Shown here: piece after piece, positions 28,355 to 38,689 of the stretch
Position numbering within the stretch: the first letter of the stretch is position 1
Layout of the letters: every line of letters begins with the position of its first letter
Assembly: GCA_050115495.1 (NCBI GenBank)
Contig: JASFQK010000030.1
Span: 21,255 to 85,254 of the forward strand
Direction: 5' to 3'
DNA length: 64,000 bases
Origin: Phycisphaerae bacterium
GTDB lineage: Bacteria > Planctomycetota > Phycisphaerae > UBA1845 > Fen-1342
Made by a program: the position numbers and the translations under genes
The notes under the pieces: model-generated
Database searches by the model: none
Told to the model about the DNA's origin: nothing
The model's input: only the letters and a program-made list of their open reading frames with translations

Positions 28355-30400
28355 TTACGGCTGTTCGGTCAGCGCCGCATGCTTCTCCAGCAGCACGCCG
28401 CGGAACGGATCGCCGGCCTGAACCGTCGGCAATAGCCGCTCCAACTCCCGCTGGGCGTCGTCACGCCGGTCGAGGGCCATGAGCGCCGTGATGTACGTGT
28501 CGATGTAGTCCGCCTGCCCCGGAGCGATGGTGATCGCCTGCTCGGCGTATGGCAACGCCCGCACCGGATCGCGCAGCTCCGGCGGCTGCGCTGTCAGCAG
28601 GCTCCACGCCAGATTGTTGCGGGCGGCGGCGGCATGCTCATGACCGGGCGTCGCGACGTATTCCTCCAGCAACGCGATGGCCGTGCGGTGATCGCCGCGC
28701 TGCGTGCAGATGTCCGCCAGTGCGACCTGCCCCTGTTCGTCGTGCACGCCGCCGAGCTTGAAGTAGCGCGCGAGGCACTCCAGCGCCGTGTCTTGCTCGC
28801 CGGCTCGCCAGTGCGCCAGCCCCGCCGTGCGCCATGGTGTGCTGTACTCGGGACAGATAGCCAGCGCCCGTTCGGCGTCCGCGACGGCCTCGCCGAAATG
28901 CTCCGCGTTGTACGCATCCGCCGCCACCGATGCCCACAGCCGGGCCGAACGCGGCTGCCGCAGTGCGTCCACGAGATTCAGCCGCGCCGTGGAATGGAAC
29001 TCGCCGTTGCGCTGCACCGTCAGAACCGCGCAGAAGATGCCGACGCCACAAACCGCCGCCAGCAGCGCGATGGACGCCGGTCGAAAAAGGGGACCGGCTG
29101 CGCGCCGCAGACCCTGCCCATCGCCGGACGATGCACCTGGCGCGGTGCCTGTCCCCTTTTTCGACAGCATGCGCACAGCACCCTGCACGATCACCCCCGC
29201 CAGCAGGCACCAGCCGACGCTCGGCAAATACAGCAGCCGCTCGGCGAAGATCGTGCCGATGACGATGTACGTATTCGAGACGATGCTGTACGTGATCAAC
29301 AGCGTCCCCAACGCAACCAGCACCACCCGCCGGCGAAACCACGAAACCGCCATTAGCCCCAGCATCACGACCAGGCAATCCGCCCCCCACGCCAGCCGCG
29401 GATCGCTCCATCGCCGAACGGTGTCGATGGCGGCGTACGAATAGTCCCAGCTCAGCGGCCGCGGCCAAGCGAGCAGGCCAACCGCCTTGCCAAAAACCGC
29501 CAGCGGCGTGCCCCAACGCGCCAATCCAGCACTTTCTCCCGGCTCCAGGTGATAGTCAGGATGGGCGATCACGTTGTCGACGATGTTGATGGCGGTCGCC
29601 GGCCGTTGCAGCGTCCCAAGTGCCGCCCAACGCGCCGCCAATACGAGCGCGACGCCGCCAAGAAGCGGCAGATAGCAACGCCACAGGCGCAGCCGCCACC
29701 ACCCCGCCGCTCGGCGTATCTGCTCCACGCGCGGCCGGGCGATATCCATCAGCAGGACCACGCCCGGTAGCACGAGGACGCTCTCTTTGCACAACGCGCC
29801 GGCGGCAAAACACACCGTCGCCACGACCGGTCGGCGCCAACCGCTTCGACCCGCCGCCCCATCCTGCCACCAGAGCCAGACCGCGGCGAGACCGAACAGC
29901 GCCGCCGCCAGATCCGCCCGTCCAACGATCGGATTGAGCGCATCGGCGTGGATCGGGTGAACGATGAACACGCTCGCCCCAGCCAGTGCCGCCCACGCCG
30001 ACCCCAGCAGCGCCCGCCCCCACAGGAACAGCAACAGCCCGACGCCGGCGTGCAGCAGCAGGTTCGGCAGGCGGAACGTCCACGGCGCCTCGCTCACCGC
30101 CCAGTTCAGCCCGTAGCTCAGGCTCACCAGCGGGCGATACAACAGATCGGCGTCCGGCTCGTTCCAGTACGCACCGGTGACGAGCGCCCCGAGCCGCCCC
30201 TCTTGCACGCGTGCATCGCGCAGAATCGCCAGTTTGTCGTCCGTGAGGAAGGGGTTAGCCAGTGCGTTGCCGTACACGGCGAACGTCAGCAGAACGAGCC
30301 ACGCGCCCGCCAGCCACACGGCCCACCCCGACCACCGTCGCCCGCCCGCCGGCGGAGCAACCTGCGCAGCCGCTGTACCGCGATCTCTCCGGTTCGTCAC
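28355..30400 (-). CDS. TMTC-like membrane glycosyltransferase (GT-C/DUF1736-like + TPR)
   Basis: FLTDD loop, YRPL, HPIHADAL..IVGRAD, CKES, PLSWDYS, FAERLLYLPS, C-terminal TPRs. Start approximate. Confidence 0.85.
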   Translation of the reverse strand: MTNRRDRGTAAAQVAPPAGGRRWSGWAVWLAGAWLVLLTFAVYGNALANPFLTDDKLAILRDARVQEGRLGALVTGAYWNEPDADLLYRPLVSLSYGLNWAVSEAPWTFRLPNLLLHAGVGLLLFLWGRALLGSAWAALAGASVFIVHPIHADALNPIVGRADLAAALFGLAAVWLWWQDGAAGRSGWRRPVVATVCFAAGALCKESVLVLPGVVLLMDIARPRVEQIRRAAGWWRLRLWRCYLPLLGGVALVLAARWAALGTLQRPATAINIVDNVIAHPDYHLEPGESAGLARWGTPLAVFGKAVGLLAWPRPLSWDYSYAAIDTVRRWSDPRLAWGADCLVVMLGLMAVSWFRRRVVLVALGTLLITYSIVSNTYIVIGTIFAERLLYLPSVGWCLLAGVIVQGAVRMLSKKGTGTAPGASSGDGQGLRRAAGPLFRPASIALLAAVCGVGIFCAVLTVQRNGEFHSTARLNLVDALRQPRSARLWASVAADAYNAEHFGEAVADAERALAICPEYSTPWRTAGLAHWRAGEQDTALECLARYFKLGGVHDEQGQVALADICTQRGDHRTAIALLEEYVATPGHEHAAAARNNLAWSLLTAQPPELRDPVRALPYAEQAITIAPGQADYIDTYITALMALDRRDDAQRELERLLPTVQAGDPFRGVLLEKHAALTEQP
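29080..29165. repeat. Second copy of the palindromic element, inside the TMTC-like CDS
   Basis: GTCGAAAAAGGGGAC...GTCCCCTTTTTCGAC, read through as SKKGTGTAPGASSGDGQGLRRAAGPLFR. Confidence 0.85.
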
Positions 30401-30592
30401 GTGCCGTGCTCCGTCGTCCAGCGCCGCGGCCACCCACCGCGCGATTATACAACATACCACCTGCTACCCGCCTCGCTTGAACACCCCCGCCCCAGGCGTT
30501 CCAATGCGCATAGCGAGACGCGGGCGCCCAGCGGATCGCTGACCCGCTCGACGCCGGCCGCTCGAACACGGCCACCCTCCCGGAGACACCGC

Positions 30593-31873
30593 ATGACCGC
30601 TTACCGCCTCGCCGTGACGCTGGCCCTGCTCGCCCTCGGCTGCTGCTGCACACCCGCCCAGACCACCCAGCCGGCCGAAGGCACCTGGACACCCCTTCTC
30701 CACGGCGACACGCTGGACGGCTGGACCCAGCGCGGCGGCGGAGCCACGTACCGCGTCGACGACGGCGAGATCATCGGCCAAACTGTCCCCAACACGCCCA
30801 ACACCTTCCTCTGCACCGACCAACTCTACGGCGACTTCATCCTCGAACTCGAATTCAAGGTCGATCCGCGGCTCAACTCCGGCGTCCAGATCCGCAGCAA
30901 CAGCGTGCCCGGCTATCGCCACGGCGTCGTGCACGGCTACCAGGTCGAGATCGACCCGTCGGACCGCGCCTGGTCGGCGGGCATCTACGACGAAAGCCGC
31001 CGCGGCTGGCTCTGCGACCTCGAGAAAAACGAAGCCGCCCGCCAGGCCTTTCGACAAAACGAATGGAACGCCTTGCGTATCGTCGCCCGTGGCCCGCGCA
31101 TGCAGACCTGGCTCAACGGCGTACCCGCCGCCGACCTAACCGACGACCTGACCCGCACCGGCTTCATCGCCCTCCAGGTGCACGGCACAACGTCGACCGA
31201 GCCGCTCGAAGTCCGCTGGCGCAAACTCCGCATCCAGGATCTCGGCATCCCCGACCGCACGCCCCCCGCCGGCGCCATCGTCCTGCTCGACGCCGGCGGC
31301 GATCTCTCCGCGTGGCAACATCCCGACCGACCCGGCCAGACCATCGGCTGGAAGTTCCACGACGGCGCCCTCGAAATCGAGCCCGGCACCGGCAGCATCA
31401 TCACCCGCCGCCCGTTCGGCGATTGCCGCCTGCACGTCGAGTTCTGCACCGACGACAACGGCCAGACCGGACAAGCCAACGGCAACAGCGGCGTCTACCT
31501 CCAGAGCCGCTACGAGGTGCAGGTCCTCAACTCCGCCGGCCAGGAGCCCGCTCTCGACAACTGCGGCGCCATCTACGGCGTCAAGGCCCCGGACATGAAC
31601 ATGGCCCTCCCCGCCGGCCAGTGGCAGACCTACGACATCACCTTCCGCGCCCCGCGCTGCCAGCCCAATGGCGAGAAACGCTCTCCGGCGCGCCTGACCG
31701 TCTACCAAAACGGCACCCGCATCCACGACAACGTCGAGATCCCACAGAACACCGGCACCGGCCAGCCGGAAGCCCCGGGCGACGCCCCCCTCCTGCTCCA
31801 GGACCACGGCAACCGCATCCGTTACCGCAACATCTGGATCGCACCGCTGCCTGCCGCCGCCGAAGACCAGTAG
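30593..31873 (+). CDS. Tandem DUF1080 (3-keto-disaccharide hydrolase-like) secreted protein
   Basis: Two copies of DF.L..EF..NSGV..Y[QE]V[EQ]..LQ[VD]HG. Confidence 0.9.
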   Translation: MTAYRLAVTLALLALGCCCTPAQTTQPAEGTWTPLLHGDTLDGWTQRGGGATYRVDDGEIIGQTVPNTPNTFLCTDQLYGDFILELEFKVDPRLNSGVQIRSNSVPGYRHGVVHGYQVEIDPSDRAWSAGIYDESRRGWLCDLEKNEAARQAFRQNEWNALRIVARGPRMQTWLNGVPAADLTDDLTRTGFIALQVHGTTSTEPLEVRWRKLRIQDLGIPDRTPPAGAIVLLDAGGDLSAWQHPDRPGQTIGWKFHDGALEIEPGTGSIITRRPFGDCRLHVEFCTDDNGQTGQANGNSGVYLQSRYEVQVLNSAGQEPALDNCGAIYGVKAPDMNMALPAGQWQTYDITFRAPRCQPNGEKRSPARLTVYQNGTRIHDNVEIPQNTGTGQPEAPGDAPLLLQDHGNRIRYRNIWIAPLPAAAEDQ

Positions 31874-31880
31874 GAACGCC

Positions 31881-33161
31881 ATGAAACGGACCAACACGCT
31901 CTCGCGCCGCCGTTTCCTCCAGCAAGCCGGCCTGCTCGCCACCGCCCCGCTGCTCGTGCCGGCCACCGCCCTCGGCCACGCGGGCCGCCGAGCCCCCTCG
32001 GAGCGCATCACGCTCGGCCTCATCGGCCTCAAGAAGATGGGCCGCGCCCACCTCGACCTGCTGCTCGGCGATGGCGACGTGCAGCTCGTCGCCGTCTGCG
32101 ACGTAGACCGCAGCGCCCGCGACGAGGCCCAGCGGAAGGTCGACCAGCACTACGGCGCCGCCCGCCGGGACAGCCACCACGCCGGCTGCGCCGCGTACAA
32201 CGAGTACGAGCGGATCATCGAGCGGGCAGACATCGACGCCGTGGTGATCGCCGTACCCGAGCACTGGCACGCCATCATCGCCATCGCCGCCTGCCGTGCC
32301 GGCAAGGACGTCTACTGCGAAAAGCCGCTTTCTCTCACCATCCACGAAGCGCAGGAGATGGTCCGCGCCGCCCACCGCTACGACACCATCTTCCAAACCG
32401 GCAGCCAGCAGCGCTCCGATGCCCGCTTCCGCTTCGCCTGCGAACTGGTGCGCAGCGGCCGCCTCGGCGAGATCCGCAGTGTGCACGTCGACGTCGGTCC
32501 GCCTTCGCAGGACATCCCCCTGCCCGCCGAGCCAGTCCCCGACGGCTTCGACTACGACCGCTGGCTCGGCCCCGCCCCCTGGGTCCCCTACAACAAGCTG
32601 CGCTGCGGCTCGTACTACGAGGACGGCTGGCGCCGCATCCGTGACTACTCCGGCGGAAAGATGACCGACTGGGGCGCCCACCACTTCGACATCGCCCAGT
32701 GGGGTCTCGGCATGGACGGCAGCGGCCCCGTCGAGATCGTCCCGCCCGACGAGCAGCGTGGCACACCCCTCACGTACCACTACGCCAGCGGCGTGCAGGT
32801 CTTCCACGGCGGCGCCGACGGCGTGCTCTTCGTCGGCACCGAGGGCCGCCTCGAGGTCAACCGCGATCACCTCACCACGTGGCCCGACACGATCGCCCGC
32901 TCGCCTATCACCCCCAATGAGGTGCATCTCTACGAAAGCCCCGGCCACCATCAGGACTGGCTCCGCTGCATCCGCGCCCGCCGCCGACCCATCTGCGATG
33001 TCGCGATCGGCGCCAGCTCCGTCACGGTGTGCCACCTGGGCAACATCGCCTGGTGGCTCGGCCGCCCGGTGAAGTGGGACCCCGCGAAGCAGGAGATCAT
33101 CGGCGACGAGGCCGCCGCCCGCTGGCTGGACCGCCCGAAGCGGGCCCCGTACCGCCTGTAG
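31881..33161 (+). CDS. Tat-exported Gfo/Idh/MocA oxidoreductase
   Basis: SRRRFL Tat motif; AGKDVYCEKP, QTGSQQRS, DWGAHHFD. Confidence 0.93.
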   Translation: MKRTNTLSRRRFLQQAGLLATAPLLVPATALGHAGRRAPSERITLGLIGLKKMGRAHLDLLLGDGDVQLVAVCDVDRSARDEAQRKVDQHYGAARRDSHHAGCAAYNEYERIIERADIDAVVIAVPEHWHAIIAIAACRAGKDVYCEKPLSLTIHEAQEMVRAAHRYDTIFQTGSQQRSDARFRFACELVRSGRLGEIRSVHVDVGPPSQDIPLPAEPVPDGFDYDRWLGPAPWVPYNKLRCGSYYEDGWRRIRDYSGGKMTDWGAHHFDIAQWGLGMDGSGPVEIVPPDEQRGTPLTYHYASGVQVFHGGADGVLFVGTEGRLEVNRDHLTTWPDTIARSPITPNEVHLYESPGHHQDWLRCIRARRRPICDVAIGASSVTVCHLGNIAWWLGRPVKWDPAKQEIIGDEAAARWLDRPKRAPYRL

Positions 33162-33310
33162 CCACTCGCACCGGTTGACCCCGCTGCGGCCGAGGGCGAG
33201 AATTGCGTCTTCGGTCCGGGAGTCTCACGTTCACCGCGGACCGTGGTGCGGGACAAACCAAGCTCGGTTTCCGCGGTGCATTCAACTATCGCACGCAAAG
33301 GAGGATCGTC

Positions 33311-34594
33311 ATGCACGCAGGCAAGCTCTTCTCGCTGGCCGTTGTATTGGCCCTCGCCCCCTTCGCCTTCGGCCAGGTGAACTTCGCCACCGCGGTGGAC
33401 GTCGCCGCCGGTGACGGCACGCAGACGTTCGAAGGCGCCGCCATCGCCGCCGGCGACTTCGACGAAGACGGCGACATCGATCTCGTCGTCACCAGCACCA
33501 ACCTCGACCTCGTCGGCGACCCCGTCGTCATCCTCGCCAACAACGGCAACGGCGGCTTCACCATCGCCGACAGCATCGACCTGCGCCGCCGTCCCGCCGC
33601 CGCCGTCGCCGCCGATCTGAACGACGACGGCCACCTCGATCTGGCCATCGTGCTCCTCGCCGATGACGAGGTTGCCGTCCTGCTGGGTGACGGGACCGGT
33701 GCCTTTGGCGCCGAAGAGCGCTACTTGACCGGTAACGGCCCCGTGCACATCACCGCCGGCGACGTCGACGGCCAGAGCGGCCTCGACCTCGTCGTCGCCA
33801 ACGAGCAGGCCGACACCATCACCGTCTTCTTCAACGACGGCGACGCCAACGCCACGTTCACGATGGCCCTGGACGTCGTCGTCTCCTTCCAGGACGGCCC
33901 CTCCCGCTCCGAGCCCAACGGCACCGCCATCGGCGACTTCGACGGCGACGGCGACAACGACATCGCTGTCAGCCTCGCTGCCCGCAACCAGGTCGACGTG
34001 CTCTTCAATGATGGCACCGGCGACTTTGGGGCCTACGTCCTCTACGACGTCGGCGGCGATCCCGAGGCCATCGCGGCCGCCCTGCTCAACGATGACGCCT
34101 ACGTCGACCTCGCCGTCGCCAACCGCACGGACGACACCATCAACGTCCTGCTCAACAACGGCGCCGGCGCCTTCACCGTGCTCGCCGCCACCGCCGCCGG
34201 CAACGCCCCGACCGACCTCGTCGTGGCCGACATGGACGATGACAACATGCTCGACCTCGTCACCGCCAACCGCGAAGGCGACAACGTCAGCGTCCTCCTC
34301 GGCGACGGCGACGGTACGTTCGACGCCCCCGACAACTTCAACGTCGGCGGTGGCCCCGTCGGCCTCGTGGTCGCAGACCTCGACGACGACGACCTGCTCG
34401 ACATCGCCACCATCAATCAGGAGAGCAGCCTGACCGACCAGGACGAGGTCTCCATCCTGCTGGCCACGGAGGAGGACGAGCCGGGTACCGACGGCAGCAC
34501 GGTCCTGCCCCGTTGCGGGAACTTCGGCGGCCTGCCGTTCTTCATGACCGTGTTGGGTCTGGTCGCCATGAAGCGACGCGTCGGCCGGCCGTAA
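33311..34594 (+). CDS. FG-GAP/VCBS repeat protein with C-terminal Cys-Gly/TM/basic tail
   Basis: About seven GDFDxDGxxDL repeats; tail PRCGNFGGLPFFMTVLGLVAMKRR. Confidence 0.9.
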   Translation: MHAGKLFSLAVVLALAPFAFGQVNFATAVDVAAGDGTQTFEGAAIAAGDFDEDGDIDLVVTSTNLDLVGDPVVILANNGNGGFTIADSIDLRRRPAAAVAADLNDDGHLDLAIVLLADDEVAVLLGDGTGAFGAEERYLTGNGPVHITAGDVDGQSGLDLVVANEQADTITVFFNDGDANATFTMALDVVVSFQDGPSRSEPNGTAIGDFDGDGDNDIAVSLAARNQVDVLFNDGTGDFGAYVLYDVGGDPEAIAAALLNDDAYVDLAVANRTDDTINVLLNNGAGAFTVLAATAAGNAPTDLVVADMDDDNMLDLVTANREGDNVSVLLGDGDGTFDAPDNFNVGGGPVGLVVADLDDDDLLDIATINQESSLTDQDEVSILLATEEDEPGTDGSTVLPRCGNFGGLPFFMTVLGLVAMKRRVGRP

Positions 34595-34626
34595 CACCCG
34601 CCGCTCGCTTCAGTAGATGTGACGCG

Positions 34627-35703
34627 CTAGCGCGGCCAGCGCTGCTCCACCGGCGGAATCGCCGGGAAGGCAGCGTGTGGCTCGACTTGGTACCAGTATG
34701 CCGTCGACGCGATATCGTCCGTCAGCGGCTGAAACTTCCCGTTCGGCCACCAGCCCAGCGCCTGCACGGTGACGCGCAGCCGTTGCCGAAACCGGATCGG
34801 GTCCATGATGTGCCAGCGGTACAACCCGTACTTCGGCACTTCATTCGGCTCGTGCCGGACGAGCGGCAGGCCCAGGTACGGCGTCGAGTAGGGCTCCTCG
34901 CGCCCGTCCGGTCCGCCGAACCCCCACGCGCCGCCGAAGTAATCCTCGGTGCCCGTGCCGCAGATCGTCGGATGCTGCGCATCGTCGTCAATGTAGAACT
35001 TGACTTCGCCCTCGCCCCACCAGCCGTTGGATAACTGCGTCCAGGCGAGGTACGTGCCGACGTAATGGCCGGCCCCGCTGACACCGTCGAGCAGCGTATG
35101 CTCCGGATGCTCCCGCTGCGTCAGCGAACGCCGCCACTGCGCGTGCAGGTACGCGGCGCCGGCGGGAACCTCGCACAGCGCGTACGTGATCTGATAGAAG
35201 AACCCGCGAATGCGCTCGCGGTGCTGGCTCTCGATCGTGATCCGCGCCCCCTGCCGAAACGGCATCGGCCAGTAGCAGTTAAAGCCACCGGCCGGATTCA
35301 CCGCGACCGGCAGCGAGTTCACCTTCGTCCGCAGCGCGTGGCCGCACGCGAAGAAATCGCCCAGCGGCACTTCGATCGACGGCGTCGCCTCGCCGTCCCA
35401 GTACATGCGCAGATTGCAATCGCGGTACGTCTTCACGTCGGCGGTGATCCAGATGTGCTGAATCAGCCCCGCGCCGGCGATGTCGGCCAGCACCACCGTC
35501 TGCCCCGGCTCCAGGTCGATGCACGGCCGCACCTTCCAGCCCGGCCCCAGGCCCGACGCACAATCGCTCGGCCCCGGCACGGCCCGCGCCCCGCCGCCCT
35601 TCTCCCCCGTCGGATTCTCCGCACAGATCGAGCGCGTCTCCGCCTCGCTCAGCAGCGGCAGGCTGGCCAGATTCGTCGCAAACGGCAGGGGGAAACCGGT
35701 CAT
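34627..35703 (-). CDS. DUF2961 / GH172-family glycoside hydrolase
   Basis: SICAENPTGEKG, PLGDFF, WWGEGEVKFY, GTGTEDYFGGAW, YRWHIMDPIRF. Confidence 0.9.
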   Translation of the reverse strand: MTGFPLPFATNLASLPLLSEAETRSICAENPTGEKGGGARAVPGPSDCASGLGPGWKVRPCIDLEPGQTVVLADIAGAGLIQHIWITADVKTYRDCNLRMYWDGEATPSIEVPLGDFFACGHALRTKVNSLPVAVNPAGGFNCYWPMPFRQGARITIESQHRERIRGFFYQITYALCEVPAGAAYLHAQWRRSLTQREHPEHTLLDGVSGAGHYVGTYLAWTQLSNGWWGEGEVKFYIDDDAQHPTICGTGTEDYFGGAWGFGGPDGREEPYSTPYLGLPLVRHEPNEVPKYGLYRWHIMDPIRFRQRLRVTVQALGWWPNGKFQPLTDDIASTAYWYQVEPHAAFPAIPPVEQRWPR

Positions 35704-35727
35704 TCCCGAGACTCCTGGAAACGTACG

Positions 35728-37590
35728 TCAGCGCTGCGCCTCGGCCCGCAGACGCGCCAGCGCCTCGCGGTCCGGCAGCCGCACGATCGGATACACGTTC
35801 AGCCGCTCGTCCCAATACGGTGACCGGCGATAGAAGAAGTCCAACCGGGCCGACCCGTCGGCGGCGAACTTCTCATCCGTCGCCAGCCGCTCGGCGAATT
35901 CCGCCGCCAGCGCCGGATCCTCCGCCCGCATCCGCTGGGCGATCGGCTCCATGACGAAACCCGCGCAGTACTCCTTCTGCTCGAAGATCGCGTTCATCAG
36001 CCCCCAGGCCACCAGCGAGTCAGGCGACGCCGGCTCGAGCAGCGTGCCAACCAGCCGCGCCCGCGGCTGATCCATGGGCACGACGAACACCGCGCCAGCA
36101 TCATAGTCCTCCGTACTCCGCTCCGAACGCACCTCGTAGCTCGGCCGCTGCCGCCCCTCGTACGATCGCGCCGCCAGCTCGACGTGCTCGAAACGGTACG
36201 TCTCTACTTCCAGCCGCGCAGCGTGCCGCAGCCGGAACAACAGCACACCGTGCCAGCGCAGGCGGGCGATGACGTCGCCCCATTCCGCCGGCACCAGATA
36301 CGCTGCCGGCGGCGCGACGGTCCGCTCGGCCCGCGCCTGCTGATAGAGCCGCGTCTCGACGTCCACGGGCGCATCGCCGTATTCGAGCACCTGCCCGCCG
36401 GTGATCTCGCTATTCCGCCGGCGTATCTCGTACCCGTGGTAGATGATCGGTTCCGACTCGTCCGAGCGGGCCTGCGTAAGCACAAGCTGCCCATCCTCAC
36501 CCGCCCCGAGCTGCCGGCAGGTGCGGTCATCCGCCGCACTGCACACCCGGCGCAGCGCCGCCGGATCGCGGTTGAGTTCGCGCAGCACGTGCCACATGAA
36601 GTCGTACGTTACGCGCACGCGCCGTTCGTAGCTCTTGAAGGCGTGCGCCTCGAGCAGCAGCGTCGGCCGATTGCACATCGCCCCATAGCCCGTCGAGAAG
36701 CGCGGCCCGAACGACACCACTGCCTGCACGCCCTGCCCCGGATCACCCGCATCGCGTAGACCCGAGTACGGCAACACGAGGTGCCCTTCGTCCGCGAGCG
36801 GCGACAGCACCGCCGGCAGGAGCGTCCCGTCGATCCATGCCGCCAGCTCCGCATCGACCGCCGGCCCGCTATCGATGGCGTAGAACAGGTCGTATCGGTG
36901 ATCGGCGCCGTTGGTCGTGTGGTTGTCGATCAGCATGTCCGGCTGCCACTGCCGCCAGCAGCGCAGCCAGCAACGCATCTCGACCGCGTCCGCCTTCGTG
37001 TAGTCGCGGTTGAGGTTCAGATTCGTCGCCGTGACCCGCCAGCCCATCTCCCGCGGGCCGTTCTGGTTGATCCGGCTGTGCGGACCGAAACGCTCGTGCC
37101 CGTCGGCGTTGAAGATCGGCATGATGACCAGGATGACGTGGTCGAGCAGCTCGCGCTGTTCACCCGTGATGAGAATATCGCGGGCCAGCGCCAGGCTGGC
37201 GTCCTTGCCGGCGCACTCGCCCGGGTGGATGCAGTTCTGCACCAGCACGATCAGCTTATCCGTGGCCGCCGCCGCTTCGGGCGTAAACGCCCCATCGCGT
37301 GAGAGAATCAGCAGTGGCAGCGGTCGTCCCGCCGCACTAAGGCCGAACGTCGTGCAGCACGCGTACGGCGACGTCACTCCCAGCCGCCGGCAGAAATCCA
37401 CGATCTCGTCGTACCGTCCCGTCTCGGCGTAGTCCGTGCGCTCTGCCCGCGTGCGCCACGCATCGGGCAGTGCTTCGGGTGCGATGTAGTCGGCGAGAAC
37501 CAGTCCACCCTTCGTCTCCCGATCGGCGGTGCAGCCGGCCAGCCCCTCCACCACGACCGCCACGCCGCACACCAGCAACCAGCGACCCAT
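35728..37590 (-). CDS. M14-family zinc carboxypeptidase (probable lipoprotein)
   Basis: IHPGE..G, NADG, NLNRD, IDNHTTNG; LAGC lipobox. Confidence 0.9.
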   Translation of the reverse strand: MGRWLLVCGVAVVVEGLAGCTADRETKGGLVLADYIAPEALPDAWRTRAERTDYAETGRYDEIVDFCRRLGVTSPYACCTTFGLSAAGRPLPLLILSRDGAFTPEAAAATDKLIVLVQNCIHPGECAGKDASLALARDILITGEQRELLDHVILVIMPIFNADGHERFGPHSRINQNGPREMGWRVTATNLNLNRDYTKADAVEMRCWLRCWRQWQPDMLIDNHTTNGADHRYDLFYAIDSGPAVDAELAAWIDGTLLPAVLSPLADEGHLVLPYSGLRDAGDPGQGVQAVVSFGPRFSTGYGAMCNRPTLLLEAHAFKSYERRVRVTYDFMWHVLRELNRDPAALRRVCSAADDRTCRQLGAGEDGQLVLTQARSDESEPIIYHGYEIRRRNSEITGGQVLEYGDAPVDVETRLYQQARAERTVAPPAAYLVPAEWGDVIARLRWHGVLLFRLRHAARLEVETYRFEHVELAARSYEGRQRPSYEVRSERSTEDYDAGAVFVVPMDQPRARLVGTLLEPASPDSLVAWGLMNAIFEQKEYCAGFVMEPIAQRMRAEDPALAAEFAERLATDEKFAADGSARLDFFYRRSPYWDERLNVYPIVRLPDREALARLRAEAQR

Positions 37591-37591
37591 C

Positions 37592-38380
37592 TCAGCTCCT
37601 GTTCTTTTCACGGCGGTTCTTCTCCCCCCAGTACAGCACCACGCCCCCCATATTCATCCGCTGTGCCGTCACCCGGCGGAAACCCACATCGGTCAGCCGC
37701 CGCATCATGATCTCCGGCGGCTCGAACGTTTCCATCGACCGTGTCAGGTAGCAGTACGCCCCGACGTGGTCGCCGGCCACCCACCGCCCCAGCCACGGCA
37801 GCACGACCCGGCAATACACGCCATACACCCACCGCAGCACCCGCCCCGCCGGCGGCGCGAACTCCAGGATCAGCACCCGGCCGCCCGTCCGCAGCACCCG
37901 GTACATCTCTTCGAGCCCGGCCTGCAAGTCCTGGAAGTTCCGCACCCCGAACGCGCAACTGACCACGTCCACCGATTCATTCGCCAGCGGCAGTTGCAGT
38001 GCGTCCGCCTCGATGAGCTCCACGGGCACATCCAGGCCCGTGTAGTCGCCGCGGTCCAGCATCTCCCGGGCGAAGTCCACTCCGATCAGCCGCGCCGGCG
38101 GCGGCGAGCCGTGGGCGAACGCCCGGATCATGTCCCCCGTGCCACAGGCCACGTCGAGCACTTCGTCCGTGGACTGGACGCAAGCGGCGGCCACCGTCCG
38201 CCGGCGCCACACCGCATCGCGCCCGAACGTCGCCAGCGTGTTCACCCGCTCGTACCCGCCGGCGATGGCGTTGAACATCGCCTGCACGCGCTGCGCCTTG
38301 TCCTGCTGGCCGTGCGGATCGCGCAGCGCCGCCCGGTCCCAGGCGGGCGGACGGGACGGTACGGGTGCGGGGTCGGTCAT
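37592..38380 (-). CDS. ubiE: UbiE/MenG quinone C-methyltransferase
   Basis: VQAMFNAIA..YE..N, LDVACGTGD, AFGVRN, YLTRS. Confidence 0.9.
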   Translation of the reverse strand: MTDPAPVPSRPPAWDRAALRDPHGQQDKAQRVQAMFNAIAGGYERVNTLATFGRDAVWRRRTVAAACVQSTDEVLDVACGTGDMIRAFAHGSPPPARLIGVDFAREMLDRGDYTGLDVPVELIEADALQLPLANESVDVVSCAFGVRNFQDLQAGLEEMYRVLRTGGRVLILEFAPPAGRVLRWVYGVYCRVVLPWLGRWVAGDHVGAYCYLTRSMETFEPPEIMMRRLTDVGFRRVTAQRMNMGGVVLYWGEKNRREKNRS

Positions 38381-38447
38381 GGCGGGCGGATTGTAACCGC
38401 CCCATCCCCCGCCCGCGCGTGCACCGTACACCTTCCGACGTTCCCCC

Positions 38448-38650
38448 CGGTGCCACCGGTGGCTTGCCGGGTGCCGGGTGCCACTGGTGGCTTGCCCACC
38501 AGTGCCGCCTTTCCGTGACGCCCACGCCACGCCCACTGTGCCACTGCTCTGTGAGCAGTGTCTTCGTCCCGCCAGAAACGCCCCGCCCGCCCCCCTTTTG
38601 CCCCTCTGCTCCCTTGCTCCTTTGCTCCTTGGCCCCTCTGCCCCTTCCCC
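38448..38650. repeat. REP-like palindromes plus an 8-nt-period pyrimidine-rich tandem repeat
   Basis: GGGTGCCACTGGTGGCTTGCCCACCAGTGCC at 38476; CCTCTGCT/CCCTTGCT/CCTTTGCT units at about 38600-38645. Confidence 0.8.
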
Positions 38651-38689
38651 TCACTGTACCCCCTCACCACCGCCCGCTACTCTGCTCAC

